A DNA stretch of 64,000 nt from Octopus vulgaris (GCA_951406725.2 OX597814.1:123628001-123692000), one strand, 5' to 3'; positions 39,799 to 52,550 are shown, numbered from the stretch's first letter. Program-made: numbers and translations. Notes: generated by a model not told the origin, from the letters alone.

Positions 39799-42514
39799 TG
39801 TGTGTGTGTGTGCATTTTATCTCTTTGTCTTGCATCTGGTGATCTACAGTTATGAGAAATATCATGAGAGAAAATATGAGAAATATCATTTCCTATATAA
39901 AATACGAAAATTTGTAAGTTACAAGAGATCATACATGGATGTTAATGTCTCATTTGCATACACTCTTCCAGCCATATATATGATTGTGTAGTCTACTCAT
40001 GGCTTGCTGTTCAAATTCCTGCTCGTTAATTGAATATAATTTTCATCAGAATAACTGTTGGCTATGCAATTTGTTCATATAGTATAACATTCACATATGC
40101 TCTCCCAGCACATATACACACGCATAATCTACTTATGTCTTGTGTTCAAATTTCAGCTCACTAAGTGAATAAATTTTTATTTGCTTAGTGAGTTTGCTCA
40201 TGGACAGTTGATGAAGTTGCAACTCACTATGGAAGTTCAATTTTCTTCAGAAAATTGTTAGTTATTCAAGTTATTTGTTTAGAGAACCATTTGTAAAAAG
40301 GATGAAAGTCTCTGGAACACTTGAGGGGTGCCGGTCTTATCCTGTTACATTCAATTATGTCGAAAGGAAAACCAAAACTTCGACTATCTTCAACAGCAAT
40401 AAATAATATTTTATTTTTGTCTGGATTCGCAAATAAAAATATATACACATATATTTTCTTCAGGGCGAACCAGTAGCCAAAGCCATGAAACTATTCACAA
40501 TAGTTAACTTGTGTGAGCCAAAATGCTGTCTCCGTTCCCGCATAGAAGTGGGGCTTCTCTACGTGTTGGTTTTTTCTTGAGAGAACCTTGAGTCGTGTCC
40601 ACTCGATTCGGCTGCAGCTTCAAAAAGACAGATCTAGCGGGAAACCTTTCTGTTGGTAGTTCTCTGCACATGGGCATGAGGGAACTTCCGGCAGCCTACT
40701 GGAAGTAATCCAACTCTGCGCATGCATGCTGAAAACTTCCAAAAGCGTCACTACAAATTCTTATATGGGTATCCTACAGTATTTTACACACACTGATGAT
40801 AATTAGAACATTTAGTTATAGATTCTCTTGCATGATATTTACTTCATTGCATTTTTTAGTTCAAATATTACTAACATCGGCATTACTTTTCACTCTCTCA
40901 TGGTCAACAATATACATACAGACATATAATTTTGAAAATATCATGAATTAAATAAAACAGTTTTGTCATTACTAGCTGTTTAGCAATCAAACCTGCCATA
41001 TCATCATCATCACCATCATTTAACGTCTGCTTTCCATGCTGGCATGGGTTGGACGATTTGACTGAGGACTGGCAAACCAGATGGCTGCACCAGGCTCCAA
41101 TCTGATTCTACAGCTTGATGCCCTTCATAACACCAACCACTTCAAGAGTGTAGTGGGTGCTTTTACATGCTACTGGCATGAGGGCCAGTCAGGCGGTACT
41201 GGCAACGGCCACACTCAAATGGCGTTTTTTACGTGCCAGGCCCAAATATTCTACCATTCTACCTGTTTATATTTAAACTGACCAAATCAGGCCTCAAACG
41301 TCTACCTGACAATATCGTTCTAACAAAATACAGCCACAACATCAAAATTCCAAAGCTATAAGACATTGCATGATTAATTCAAAACAATGCAAATAAACAT
41401 TACATTAAATGGTTTAACTGGTGTTTGGAGCATAAAATAACATGAAATTTTGAATTTAGATCACTTTAATAGAGAAAGTTTGTATCATAAAACCAAGGGT
41501 ATTTTCAGGTGGGTTGACATAAGAGCTTAAATCCTTCAGCAGTCAGATTACTCAGTTAAATCTAATGTTCGATTTGCTCGACTAAAGGCGGTGCTCTAGC
41601 ATGGCCACAGTCAAATGACTGAAACAAGTAAAAGAGTTATCTTGCATCTTTGAGCTTTCAATGATGTGATTGTTTACTTTTAGAATGACATTGTAGGGTA
41701 TGTGTGATAGGTTGGATCCAGCCAGTTTGAACATAAAACATATTGAAAATTGACCAGATATGACTGGTTTAAATGCTAAAGGGTTAAACCAAAATAGGAG
41801 CACTTTAAAATTGGAAGGTTTTGTATTTTTTATTGCTTAAGATAAAAAGGGCAGTGCTATGATCCTTTTAAGTGCCTCTGAGTTTGGTGGTAGAAGGGAG
41901 ATAGTTATTCTCAGAATGGAAAAATGTGGCCCAAATGCTTGCGACAGAGCAGACTCTATCAGAAGGCATCCAATGACCAAGTGGTAGTGTTAAACAGAAC
42001 CAGAAGTGGCCTCAGGCAGGTCACTATTGAGTGGGTTAATGTTGGTTTTATTTTTACTATTAAGTAGGTGTAGGAATGGCTGTGTAGGTAAGAAGCTTCC
42101 CAACCACGTGGTCTTGGGTTCAGTCCTTGGCACCTTGAGCAAGTATCTTCTACTACATCCCTGGGCCAACCAAAGCCTTATGAAGGGGTTTGGTACACGG
42201 AAAAAGAAAAATGCCCATCATTCACACACACACACACATATGTATGACAACCCATGTCAGCATGGAAACAAATATTAAAGATGATGACGATGATATATGT
42301 ATATACATACATACATATATATATATTTGTGTGTGTGTGTGTCTGCCTGTATGAGTTAGAGATTAAGCAACCATCTAAGAGATAATAAATATCCAATATA
42401 CTACTGGATGTGTACCTACGTATTTGTAACCAAGTGCTTACTATTGCAGAGCAATATTGCAATTGAATACTAGGTATGGGTGGGGGTAAACCAGAAATTT
42501 ACCTGGGATTTATA

Positions 42515-44520
42515 AGGCAAATAAGAAAATGAAGAGAGTAATCAATCGACAAACATCACCCTGTAAACATTCATTTAGATCTACTCATTAATTGATTATA
42601 ATCATATGTATATGATCATTTTGTGCAATATAATTACTATTGCTGTGTCTGATGTTATTATTGTTGTTGTTATTGTTATTCTTATTATTATTAGTGTTTA
42701 TATAACTGTTATTATTTTTTCTATTTAAGTAAAAAGTGTCAATTTCTTTTTATTATTCATGGGGAAGATGATAGTAGCCAGGTTATGTGTCAGGCTATAA
42801 CCTATTCTTATTGCTTTACTATTAATGATTTCCCAGTATTTCTTTTTTCCTTTTATAAAGTATTTGCTAATTAGTTTAAAGATTGTTTTTACTAAGTTAT
42901 TTTTGATTTGCATAGCATATGGTAATATTAACCAGACAGTATCATTTCCTTTGTTCACATGATTAGGATTATTGTTCTTTGGTTTATTGCTATTATTTGG
43001 GCAATAATTTTTATTATTAATAATACTGACATTATACCTATCATTAGCATTATTATTGTTATCACTATTAATGGAGCTGATGATGAATACCTATTTGGGA
43101 TTTCTTATATCCTTCTTATATCTGTGTGCATTTCTTGAATTCATAAATTTATTTTTAATTCCATTATTATTTTTATCATTGTTCATATCATGGGTATTCA
43201 TATTTTTTGCATTATTACGGAGAAAGTTTTTAATTTCATCCTTATGCCCTGCATTTTTAAGTGCTGCATTATACTTATCCTTGTGTTTATTAAATATCAC
43301 TTCATTTGAGGTAAGTTTTGAGATTCTTTTGCTTATATTTCTTAAAAGGGTTTTTTTTCTTGATTGGGGATGGTTACTGAAATTATTTATATATCTTAAA
43401 TTAGAGTTCTGTTTCATATACAGTTCATGTAGTCCAGTGTTTAAGTTACAGTTTGCATCTAAATAGTTAATGGAGTAATTTTCATTTTCTATAGTTATAG
43501 AGAGACCAAATCTACTGAGAAACTTATGTAGGCATTTCTTTAATAATTTTAGGCCTATTAGAGCCATTTCTAACTATAAAGAGTGCTTCATTTCTATACA
43601 GACCTCCTCTTGATTCTGGGAATTCCCTGTTTATTTTCTCTAAAAGGTAGAGTCCTACAAAGTCCATCACTTCTGGCAAGTCTGGTGAGCCCATTGTGAT
43701 ATCAAAGAGATTAGGTGTATCATTTTTTGCTGTTTTTTAGGCCATGAGTGCAACATTAATTTACCTTATACTTAAATTAGTGAATTTCCTAGTGAAAATA
43801 AGAGACTGTGGGGTTAATTGAAGAGAAAGAATTTTGTATGTCTATTTTCAAGAATTTCTGATTATTCTTATTTTGTATGTTGGAGAACCAGTCTAATGCA
43901 CTGTAGGTGTTACTCCATAGTTCAAGCTTGATTTTGCTTTTTAGTGTTGGTAGATATTTATCCAAAATTACCTTACTTAGTTTACTACCTATATCTGATT
44001 TGTTAGGGCATATTAATCTAACTTGTGTTTTATTTATGAAGTTATCCTTATGGTCCTTAATTGTAATATGGGGTCTGATTGGTGTGAATGGTTCTGTCTT
44101 TCTTTACCATAAAATGTAATCCTATGGCTTATGTATATCACCTTGGAATTGACATTTTTACCATTCCTTACTATTTTTATTATGTTATTTTATTTTATTA
44201 TTTTACCTTAGTTCCTCACATGTTAGAGTCCTAACATTATGATCTCTTTGATGAAACTTTGGGGCTCAATCATTGTCCAATGTTTGTTCAACTTTTGTAC
44301 AATCCCTGTACATTACTGGTATGATGTGGAAAACTTGGCAGATTGGACAACCCCATAGTAGAAACAGCTGTAAGAGTTTAGTATTGTTTCACTCATTTAT
44401 TTATCTACTTATTTATTTTGATTACTTATACATATGATTGTAATCAATTAATAAATAGATATAAATGAATGTTTACAGGCTGATGTTTGTCGATTGATTA
44501 TTGTCTCCATTTTCTTATAT
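42515..44520 (-). mobile_element. Degenerate Penelope-like retroelement with inverted pLTR
   Basis: RT remnants (DITMGS..FVGLYLL..GGLYR; INYLD; YINNFSNHP; WLILPY..IGYS) with frameshifts; about 90-bp terminal inverted repeats at ~42521-42612 and ~44428-44518; decayed hammerhead at 44244-44376. Confidence 0.8.
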
Positions 44521-47397
44521 TTTTATACATACACACACACATATATTGCAAAGGAACTTTGTCTTGCAAGTTAATTGGTGACCCTGCCGGTGCTGGTGCC
44601 ACTTAAAAAGCATCCTGTCCACACTATAAAGTGGTTGGCATTTGGAAGGGCATCCAGCTGTAAAAACCTTGCCTGTGCTTGTGCCTAAAAAGCATTCAGT
44701 CCACTCTGCTGGGTGGTTGGTGTTAGGAAGGGTGTCCAGCTGTAAAAGCCCCACTAAAATAGATGCAGAAGTCTAGTGCAGGCTTCTATCAAACCGTCCA
44801 ACCCATGCAAGCATGGAAGGCAGACACTAAATGATGGAAACAGGTGAGGGTGGGCATTTGGTTGCAGAATATGTCTCAACAAAAATCTTTCTCACCCATG
44901 CAAGTATGGAAAAGTGGATGATAACATACATACATATATATAGGTGAGTAAAAGTGTTTTAAAAGAGTTCAGTGTAATATGCAATGATAATATAATGTCA
45001 GAAGGTAGAATTATATATTGTACCTTCATCTTCTTAGCTTTCTATCCTTAATATACAAATATATACATTTAAATAGAGATCAGTGTAAAGATTACCACCA
45101 TCGTCATCATTTTATGTTGGTTTTCCATGCTAGCATGGGTTGTTCTTACCTTAAGAAGCTTAGAACTTACGCATGATCAAAATAAGTTATTATTTGACAT
45201 TATTGTTTCTCTGATAGCTTTATGCTATTGTTTGGTAACTTAAATGACCATTTCAGTGTAGAATTCCAAGAATAGATTTTTTTTGACTTTGCAACTCAAT
45301 TCCAAAACCCAAAACAGCTTATTGATTTGTGACCAGCAATTATATTTTGTTTCTGAGTTGTAGCAAAAAGGAATTAATATAATATTGATTGTGATTCTCA
45401 TTGGCTTCAGTTACTGGAACCCAATTACTAAAATGTATAATTCTTCAAAATATTACTCCAGAATGTTCTAGGAAGCAAAGAGAAGAAATCAATGGTGATT
45501 AATAAATTGGAAGTTGACCAGACCTACTTTCTTAAACGTCACTAATTTGGCAGCTGGTTGAACAGATGCTGTAGTGCAGATATTTATGGAATAGATGGGA
45601 CTTGTTCAGATCCTAGCATTATTGGCTTTTATCCTAAGAATTGAACTCAGGTTCACCCTCTTAAGTAGTTGTATATTCCATAACTCAGTGGGCATTAATA
45701 AAAACTTCTCTTACAGACATGGATGTGTGATTTAAGAAGCTCACTTTCATTTTGGGTTCAGTTCAACTGCATGGTAGTTTGGACAAGTGTCTTCTACTAT
45801 AACTGCAAACCTTATCAGTGAATTTGGTGGACAGAAACTGTGGAAGCTCATTGAATATAAGTTTGTGTGTGCCATCATTTGACAAGCGGATTTGGTTTGT
45901 TAATGTCCATGTAACTTAGAGGTTTGGCAAGAGACCAACAAAATAAATACCAGACTTAATAATATTTTATTTTCTACTTTAGGCACAAGGCCTGGAATTT
46001 TTGGGGAGGGGGCTAGTTGAGTAGAGTTCAGTGTAGTATGCAACTGGTGCTTAATTTATCAACCCTGAAAGGCAAAGTCAACCACAGTGGAATTTGAATT
46101 CAGAATGTAAAGACTGACGAAATACCGCTAAGCATTTTGCCCAGTGTGCTAATGTTTCTGACAGCTCCAGACTTAATGTGTCACTGCCATGAAAAAAGCA
46201 CCCATGTTGGCACCACGTACACTCTGTAAAATGGTTGGTTGTAGAAACCATGCCAAAACAAAAAGGGCATCCATCTGTAGAAATCATGCAAAAAAACCCC
46301 AAAAAAACTCTGGAGCCTAGATCCACAAAAGTTCTGACATGAATTTAATGTTATTTAGAGTCTATAAATGAACAAATAATATAGGTTCAGGCATAGCTGT
46401 GTGGTAAGAAGCTTGCTTACCAACCACATGGTTCTGGGTTCAGTCCCAGTGTGGCACATTGGGCAAGTGTCGTCTACTATAGCTTCAGGCCAACCAATGC
46501 CTTGTGAGTGGATTTGGTTGACGGAAACTGAACTACATTGTTCCAAACAGCTATAGACACTATATCTACAATTTCTTTTACAAGTTTCATGCTGGGGCAC
46601 CATTGAAGTGTTTAGTCAAACAAACCAACCTCAGTGGTCATCATTTAATGTCTGTTTTCCATGCTGGCATGGGTTGGACGGTTTGACAAGGACCTGGCAA
46701 AGCGGGAGGGTTGCACTAGGCTCCAGGTTTTTTGTTGTTTTTTTGCATGATTTCTATAAACAGTTAAATATTTTACCAAGCCCTTCCCAAATCTTCTTTC
46801 TATTGAAAATTAATTGCAACTTAACAGGTAGTTTACTCATTGGAAATATAGAACTGAAAAGGTTAAGGAAGTAAAGTAAATAGGCTATTGACAAATGTTT
46901 TACATATAGGTACAGGAGTGGCTGTGTGGTAAGTGGTTTGCTTACCAATCACATGGTTCTGGGTTCAGTCCCACTGCGTGGCACCTTGGGCAAGTGTCTT
47001 CTACTATAGCTGCAGGTCAACCTAAGCCTTGTTAAGTGGATTTATTTGGTAGACGGAAACTGAAGAAAGCCCGTTGTATATGTATATGATGTGTGTGTTT
47101 GCCCCCTCACCATCGTTTGACAACTGATGTTGGTGTGTTGATGTCCCCGTAACTTAGCAGTTCGGCAAAAGAGACTGATAGAATAAGTACTGGGCTTACA
47201 AAGAATAAGCCCTGAGGTCAATTTGTTCGATGCTCCAGTCAAATGACTGAAAGAAACAAAAAGTAAAATATAAAAATTTAAACTGCCTGTTTATCCTCTT
47301 TTGATGTGAACATTTGAGATCAACCATTGTTTCTCTTGATCAAAACACCATATTTTAAAATGTTAATATTTAAATTAAAACCTCCAGTATATGTAAG

Positions 47398-47815
47398 AAA
47401 ATTGTAAGTTCAGTTCTATATTTAAGAGATGAGGAATCATGTACATTATTAATATTCCACGGATTTTTGTCCTCATCTTGTTTGTTGTTAACACAATGTT
47501 TCGGCTGACATACCCTCCAGCCTTCTTCAGGTGTCCTAAGGTATTTTTCGATGTTATTATTATTACTATTGTTATTGTTCAGGTCACTGCTTGGAATCTT
47601 TGGGTTAGTAGCCCGCACTCCTAACCACTATGCCATATGCCCACGGTCAATAATAATAATAACATTGCAAAATACCTTAGGAATGAGAACCCAGGTTCTC
47701 ATTTCCCCAAGACACCTGAAGAAGGCTGGAGGGTATATCAGCCAAAACATTGTCTTAACAAACAAGATGAGGACAAATATCCGTCGAGTGTAAATAATGT
47801 AAAAAATTGTAAGTT
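47398..47815. mobile_element. Inverted pair of hammerhead-bearing repeats around a tRNA-like head
   Basis: ~47398-47545 is reverse-complementary to ~47671-47815; tRNA-like head on the minus strand at ~47645-47590. Confidence 0.7.
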
Positions 47816-48180
47816 GTTTCAAACACCAGATTAACAATGACGAAGTTAAATCCCATAAAATTCTTGATTATTCTTAAATGTAATCGGTGCATGTATGGCT
47901 GTGTGGTTAAGAAGTTTGCTTCCCAGTCACATGGTTTCAGGTTCAGTCTCACTGTGTGACACAAGTGTCTTCTACTACAGTCTTGGGGCAAGCAAAATCT
48001 TGCGAGTGGGTGTGGTTGTAGATGGACACTGAAAGAAGCCCATAGTGTGTGCATGTACCCTTGCCTTGACATTTATGAAAAACATGTCTGGTGATGGTGG
48101 GATATTACCTTGCTTTGAAATGGATGATGGTTGGTGACAGGAAGGGCATCCAACCATAGACCCTTGTAAGTATAGTAAAA

Positions 48181-48565
48181 CTAGCAGTATCGCCCGGCAT
48201 TGCTCGGGTTTGTTTTGACCCTTTAGAATTGGAATTTTCAAAAGTAAAAATTTTGCATTATGTAGCTTGTTATTCTCTTTAAGTGAACATTTTTCTGGTT
48301 GAAATACACTGAAAAATGGCGACACAGCAGTGAAAAAAATCGTAAAAAATAGGGATTTTCATAGAAAAAAGCACCTTTTTGATGTAAATAATTTTTGGTG
48401 TTAACATGGTCTGATTTGAATTTTTTCTTCTATGGAAGGAAGAGCAAGCCTTCTTCTATCATATTCTCAATTTTGGTCAATTTGTACCGCAGGGTCTTGG
48501 AGGAGATAGTGTTAGTTGAAGGCTAACCTGCCATACACAGACAACTTAAGCTTTATATATATAGA
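48181..48565 (-). mobile_element. Non-autonomous Helitron (385 bp)
   Basis: Minus strand starts A|TC and ends CTAG|T, with subterminal hairpin cccgagcaatgccggg; no target-site duplication. Confidence 0.8.
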
Positions 48566-48795
48566 TGAAAGTGAAATGATATAATGATGAATGGTAAGCT
48601 GAAATATGGATATGAAAGGGTTATTTGTTGGAACACCTGACTTTCAAGCTGAATGTTCTTCCTGTTGTTGTCTACTCAACTACCAGATGGTCAGTGGTTC
48701 AGGACCCTAAATATACAACCATTAAATCCATTGATACAAGTTGAATAATAATGTGATTAATCATTTTGCCCTCTCTTTTTCTTCTCTCTTCACAG

Positions 48796-49056
48796 GCAAT
48801 CGTCATTTTGCTACTTTACTGTGTATCAACAAGCTGCATCTCTCTTGGATACCAAGGATATGTCTGTAATCCACGTTTTGCCCAACAATACTGTCTGATG
48901 GGCTGCTTGAGCTGTATGGAATACTATGGCGTACAAGTTTATAACCTCGCTCACTGTTGTTATGACTGCCAGGTAACTGGGGCTCGTTTGATTGACAATG
49001 GCCCAGATAAATGTTCCATGAAGTACATCAGAGACACTTATCGACTACAGGAGTGA
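48796..49056 (+). CDS. Coding exon 2 of secreted Cys-rich, eclosion-hormone-like peptide precursor
   Basis: Long polypyrimidine tract + cacag; hydrophobic AIVILLLYCVSTSCIS followed by CLMGCLSC-x13-CCYDC-x14-C; TGA at 49054-49056; unique non-repeat sequence. Confidence 0.8.
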   Translation, partial: AIVILLLYCVSTSCISLGYQGYVCNPRFAQQYCLMGCLSCMEYYGVQVYNLAHCCYDCQVTGARLIDNGPDKCSMKYIRDTYRLQE

Positions 49057-49276
49057 TGCTGCTGTTTGACAGTGGAGTACAACAAGAAGGAAATGCTTAA
49101 CTATACATTTACAGGTTTGACAATGATTCATCATCTTCAAAAATTCAGACGGAAGGTGTACAGATTATCTCCCAAGTACTTCTTCAAAGGTAGAGTTGAT
49201 AAAGATTATGACTCTAAGAGTTCGTCAATGGAATAGTACAAGATTCTTGATGTGAATCTGTGTACTGAAACAAATT

Positions 49277-49504
49277 TTGTTGTGTCTTGGGAGGGTCATT
49301 ATGCCAATAATAGTAAACATGCAATGGTTCAATATCACTTCTTTATTGTCAGCTAATGTGTTAAATATCTAACCATCTAACTAATCAATTGTTTGTTTAG
49401 TTAGTTGATTAGATATTTAACAAATTGGTTAAAATAAAGAAGAGGAATTGAACCTGTGCATGTGTTATTATTTCAGGGGTAATGCCTCTTCTAAGACACA
49501 ACAA
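49277..49504. repeat. ~230-bp imperfect palindrome (foldback/MITE-like)
   Basis: ttgttgtgtcttgg.. versus ..ctaagacacaacaa, arms pair along their length; related element at ~63260-63610. Confidence 0.75.
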
Positions 49505-52500
49505 TGGAACATTATTTATAGAAAATATTAATAAACTATTAGATGGCAGATTGCACAGAAGTTTATGTGTTTTCTTTGATATTGGCCATGGTTAGTGAAG
49601 TTAGTTATACATGAGATGAAGAATATGGAATACAGTTTAGAAGGTTTGGTTTGCTGTAGTACCATGGACAGAACACTACTAGCAGTGAACAAGCGTAGTG
49701 ATGTAAATGTAGGTTGTGAGAGTTTATTATAATCACAACACAAGATATAACGAGTGGACCTGGGAAGATGACTGGGGATTTTCCCTCCTGAATGTGATGT
49801 ATAGGGGCAGAAATGAAAGATGTGTTTATGGTTATGAATGATAAGCTACAGAAAATTGTGAATTGTAACATATACAAAAATCGAAATCAAAATCAAACTT
49901 GGTGACTGGCATCCGTTGCTAGTGGAGCACTAAGAGTACCATACGAGTGAGATCGTTACCAGAGTAACAAGCTGACCTTCGTGCTGATGGCATGTTAAAA
50001 ACACCATTCGAGCGTGATTGTTACCTGCGTCGCCTTACTAGCACTTGTGCTGGTGGCATGTGAAAAAAACATTCAAGCGAGGTTGTTGCCAGTGCTGCTG
50101 CACTGGCTCCTGTGCAAGTGGCATGTAAAAAGCACCATTTGAGTGTGGCCGTTGCCAGTACCACCTAACTGGCTCCTGTGCCGGTGGCATGTAAAAGCAC
50201 CCACTACACTCTTGGAGTGGTTGGCGTTAGGAAGGGCATCCAGCTTTAGAAACTCTGCCAGATCAGATTGGAGTCTGGTGCAGCCAGCTGGTTCGCCAGA
50301 CCTCAGTCAAATCGTCCAACCCATGCTAGCATGGAAAGTGGACATTAAACGATGATGATGATGATGACAAGTGAAGTAGATCATATAAGCTGGAAGATGT
50401 TCAGGAGTGAATAGGAATATAAATTTTCTTGCAGGGAAATATGCAACATTTAGGACTTAGTGTTTCTAATCACTACCAAATTATATGATCCCTGAAGGAA
50501 CCAGAGAAGGTCCTCACTGATAGAAGAAGCAGTGAGAGATATTGATGTTAACAATAGGTAGGATGTTAAATTTGAAAAAGAGTGGAGTTGGAAAGAGTTG
50601 TAGCATCTGTATGATTAAGTGGGGCCTAGATTGGCTGATAGATCCTTGAAGACAAGTTAGGAGGATGATGGCTACAGGAGAGATATTTTGGTTCAGCCAA
50701 CTGGCTTCCGTGCCGGTGGCATGTAGAAGGGCACCATTCGAGCATGATCGTTACCAACGTCGCCTTACTGGCACCTGTGCTGGTGGCATCTGTAAAAAGA
50801 TTCGAGCAAGGTCATTGCCAGTACCGCCTGACTGGCCCCTGTGCCAGTGGCATGTAAAAAGCACCCACTACACTCCTGGAGTGGTTGGCATTAGGAAGGG
50901 CATCCGGCTGTAGAAACTCTGCCAGATCAAGATTGGTGCCTGATGCAGCCATCTGGTTCGCCAGATATCAGTCAAAATCGTACAACCCATGCTAGCATGG
51001 AAAGTGGACGTTAAACGATGATGATGATGATGAATGTACTCAAAATACACAACTGATACGAATAAGGAAGCTTTAGATCTGAAGTTTACCACATTTTGTT
51101 AAAAGTTTTATCAAACGTAACAGTCTCCCTTTCATCCTTCACAAACCTGGCCAACTGTGACTCTGCCTCATCCCTAATGAGAATTATTTTAACTGTTTCA
51201 CATTTATTTTAGTATGGTTGGCAGGATTTCCCAGATTATAGTATTTGCTAACTTTTGAAGTAAGATACATCTGAAGCTTGATGCTCTTTCTGAAACAAGA
51301 ATAGTACTGAAGTCAACCAGGCAGCCTGAGGCAAACAAAGTTATGCTCTTAGCCTAGCAGAAGAGTTCAATGCAGTATTTGAAGTAAAATTTCAACACAT
51401 GTGATTTACAGGAAGATAAGAAAAGAAGATAAGGTGTAGTGGTGATTATCGAATCAGAAATAAAATGTCGATCACCAGATGTAATGAAAATGCTTAGATA
51501 GTTTACATGAACAACAAAGTTTAGACAAAATCAGTAAAAACAAAACCCTCCTGAATTGTATTCTAGATTGGAAAAAAAATTCTTTGATAAAGTTTTACTG
51601 TTGAGATGGACAGAGTTATGAAGGAAATTTAGTTGATGTGAACTTGAGTCCAAAAATTCAATCCTGTATTTACAAATGCACTCACAAACACACAAGCATT
51701 TGAATATTTCAGAAAATTTCAATTTCAGCCATCCTGTGTGTTAGTGTGCCCAGAGGGTGAGCTGAGCAACACATAGTTCTCATATTTATATCCCACCCAT
51801 CGTTGATTTTGAAAATGTCATAACCAACATGTGACAAATTAAGATGCTGCTTGGTGATTGACTTTTTGGGTGGATTTCCTTTGTCAACATGGAGATTGGT
51901 TTATTCATCTTATGTCTCTGCTTGAAATGATATGAGGCAATGCAATTCCAGTGTCTGCACAGAAGATGCACAAATATGCAGATTTAAAGATTAATATTAA
52001 ATTTATAAAATATATCACCTTGAATTTGTCTGAAACAATTTACAAAAAAAAAAAATCATGTGTTTCTCTCCTACATAAAATGAATGATCCAATTTCCACA
52101 CACACACACCCACACACAACTATTTACACATATACATATACAAATGCAAATAACTTGGCCATCACTTCAAGTAAAAAACATTAAAATTTAAAAAAATTGA
52201 AAGGTAATTGAATTCATCTAATATGATTTGTCCAAATGTCTGCAATGAGTTATAACTATTAATGAACAGAATGAGATTGTGAATATTTCTTGTGATCAGC
52301 TCTAAAACCGAACACAATGAATCAATGAAAAAAAATCTCATAAACAAAATAAAAATTTAAAAACTGGGAGGGAGAGAAGAATGGATTTTAAAATATATCA
52401 AGATATATGTCACATAAGTAGAGACATGGCATATATCTAGATACAAGAGAATATATCTAGACACATGTGAATGTATGGAGAACAAAAGCAGGATGAAAAA

Positions 52501-52550
52501 AATTAAACTGAATTCATAAAAATCTATAAAAGAATGGAATTATCAAGAGA

